Translations under genes and position numbers: made by a program
The notes under the pieces: model-generated
The model's database searches: none
What the model was told of the DNA's origin: nothing
What the model saw: only the letters and a program-made list of their open reading frames with translations
Sequence record: SRR22947727_1464
Reading direction: 5' to 3' (one strand)
DNA: 55,831 nt
In this document: positions 55,004 through 55,831 of the stretch, in pieces
Position numbering within the stretch: position 1 is the stretch's first letter
How the letters are laid out: each line of letters opens with the position of its first letter

Positions 55004-55774
55004 ATGCCGTTTCAAAGAATTGATTCAGAAAAATTGTCCAAATCTGTTGTCCGGCAGGTAGAGCAGCTGATCCTGCGTGGTATTTTGCGTCCAGGCGAGC
55101 GCCTGCCCTCAGAGCGGGAACTTGCCGAAAAGCTTGCGGTGTCGCGCCCCTCGCTTCGGGAAGCCCTGAGTGAGTTGCAGCAGGCGGGGCTTCTCACCGC
55201 GCGCGCAGGTGCCGGGATTTTTGTAGCAGAGGTTTTGGGATCGGCCTTCTCCCCCGCCCTCATGCGGTTGTTTTCAACCCATGATGAAGCGGTTTACGAC
55301 TATCTGGCCTTTCGCAAGGATTTGGAGGGCCTGGCCGCAGAACGTGCCGCCCGCATCGGATCTGATACGGACCTCAAGGTCATCGACGCCATTTATAAGA
55401 AAATGGAAGCGGCACAGTCCAAGCGCTCTACCGAAGAGGAGGCGCGATTGGATGCGCAGTTTCACATGTCGATCTGCGAAGCGGGGCATAATGTGGTGAT
55501 GCTGCATATGATGCGCTCGATGTATGAGCTCCTACAGACCGGGGTGTTTTACAACCGCAAGGCAACATTTCGGCAAAAAAGTGGCAGATCGAAACTTCTA
55601 CAACAGCATGGCGCAATCAATGATGCGATCCAAGCGCGCAACCCAGAGGCAGCACGGCATGCGGTGCATCTCCACTTGGATTTCGTAGGTGGCGTTTTGC
55701 AAGAACAAGAGCGCGCCAACAAAAATGAAGAGGTCGCCAAACTGCGTTTTTCACATGCTTTGGAACGCCCCTAA
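55004..55774 (+). CDS. GntR/FadR family regulator (GlcC/PdhR/LldR-like)
   Basis: PGERLPSERELAEKLAVSRPSLREAL HTH; FCD domain with D..FH, N and H..I..AI. Confidence 0.92.
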   Translation: MPFQRIDSEKLSKSVVRQVEQLILRGILRPGERLPSERELAEKLAVSRPSLREALSELQQAGLLTARAGAGIFVAEVLGSAFSPALMRLFSTHDEAVYDYLAFRKDLEGLAAERAARIGSDTDLKVIDAIYKKMEAAQSKRSTEEEARLDAQFHMSICEAGHNVVMLHMMRSMYELLQTGVFYNRKATFRQKSGRSKLLQQHGAINDAIQARNPEAARHAVHLHLDFVGGVLQEQERANKNEEVAKLRFSHALERP

Positions 55775-55800
55775 AAGCCCGGTTGAAGATGAGCTCTTCC

Positions 55801-55831
55801 AAAAGACCTCTGCATAACGCCATTTCAACAC
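55801..55831. repeat. Second copy (left end) of the 14840-14927 element, cut by the window edge
   Basis: AAAAGACCTCTGCATAACGCCATTTCA (55801-55827) is identical to 14838-14864. Confidence 0.8.

Overview
A 55.8 kb gene-dense chromosomal segment from a marine Roseobacter-group alphaproteobacterium (Rhodobacteraceae-like proteins and gene order; the taxon is inferred). Left: an IclR-regulated galactoside cluster (sugar ABC transporter, GH36 alpha-galactosidase, SDR, dgoK, dgoA, lactonase, GH42 beta-galactosidase, galM), then allA with a class III aminotransferase. Middle: fused 5-oxoprolinase, an RTX-repeat protein, rpe, deoC with a double-domain aldehyde dehydrogenase, gabD, ibpA (RpoH promoter and ROSE-like thermometer), a trypsin-like protease, glcDEF and an uncharacterised MoxR/DUF58/BatA-DUF4159/membrane-vWA operon. 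Right: rluE, a trans-sulfuration enzyme, polA, HIT, a divergent GT14/sulfotransferase pair, a PfkB kinase, nth, an OmpA lipoprotein and a FadR-type GntR regulator. I saw no rRNA, tRNA, CRISPR array, transposase or prophage. Most notable observations not explained by the gene calls: (i) an 88-bp element with 16-bp terminal inverted repeats whose left end recurs (27 bp identical) at the very end of the window; (ii) a shared TGGT-N11-ACCA palindrome linking the GntR gene to glcDEF about 20 kb away; (iii) an SDR with YxxxN instead of YxxxK; (iv) a probable frameshift separating a signal peptide from a Cys-rich protein. All calls come from motif recognition by eye; no searches were run, and I cannot establish that any system here is truly undescribed.
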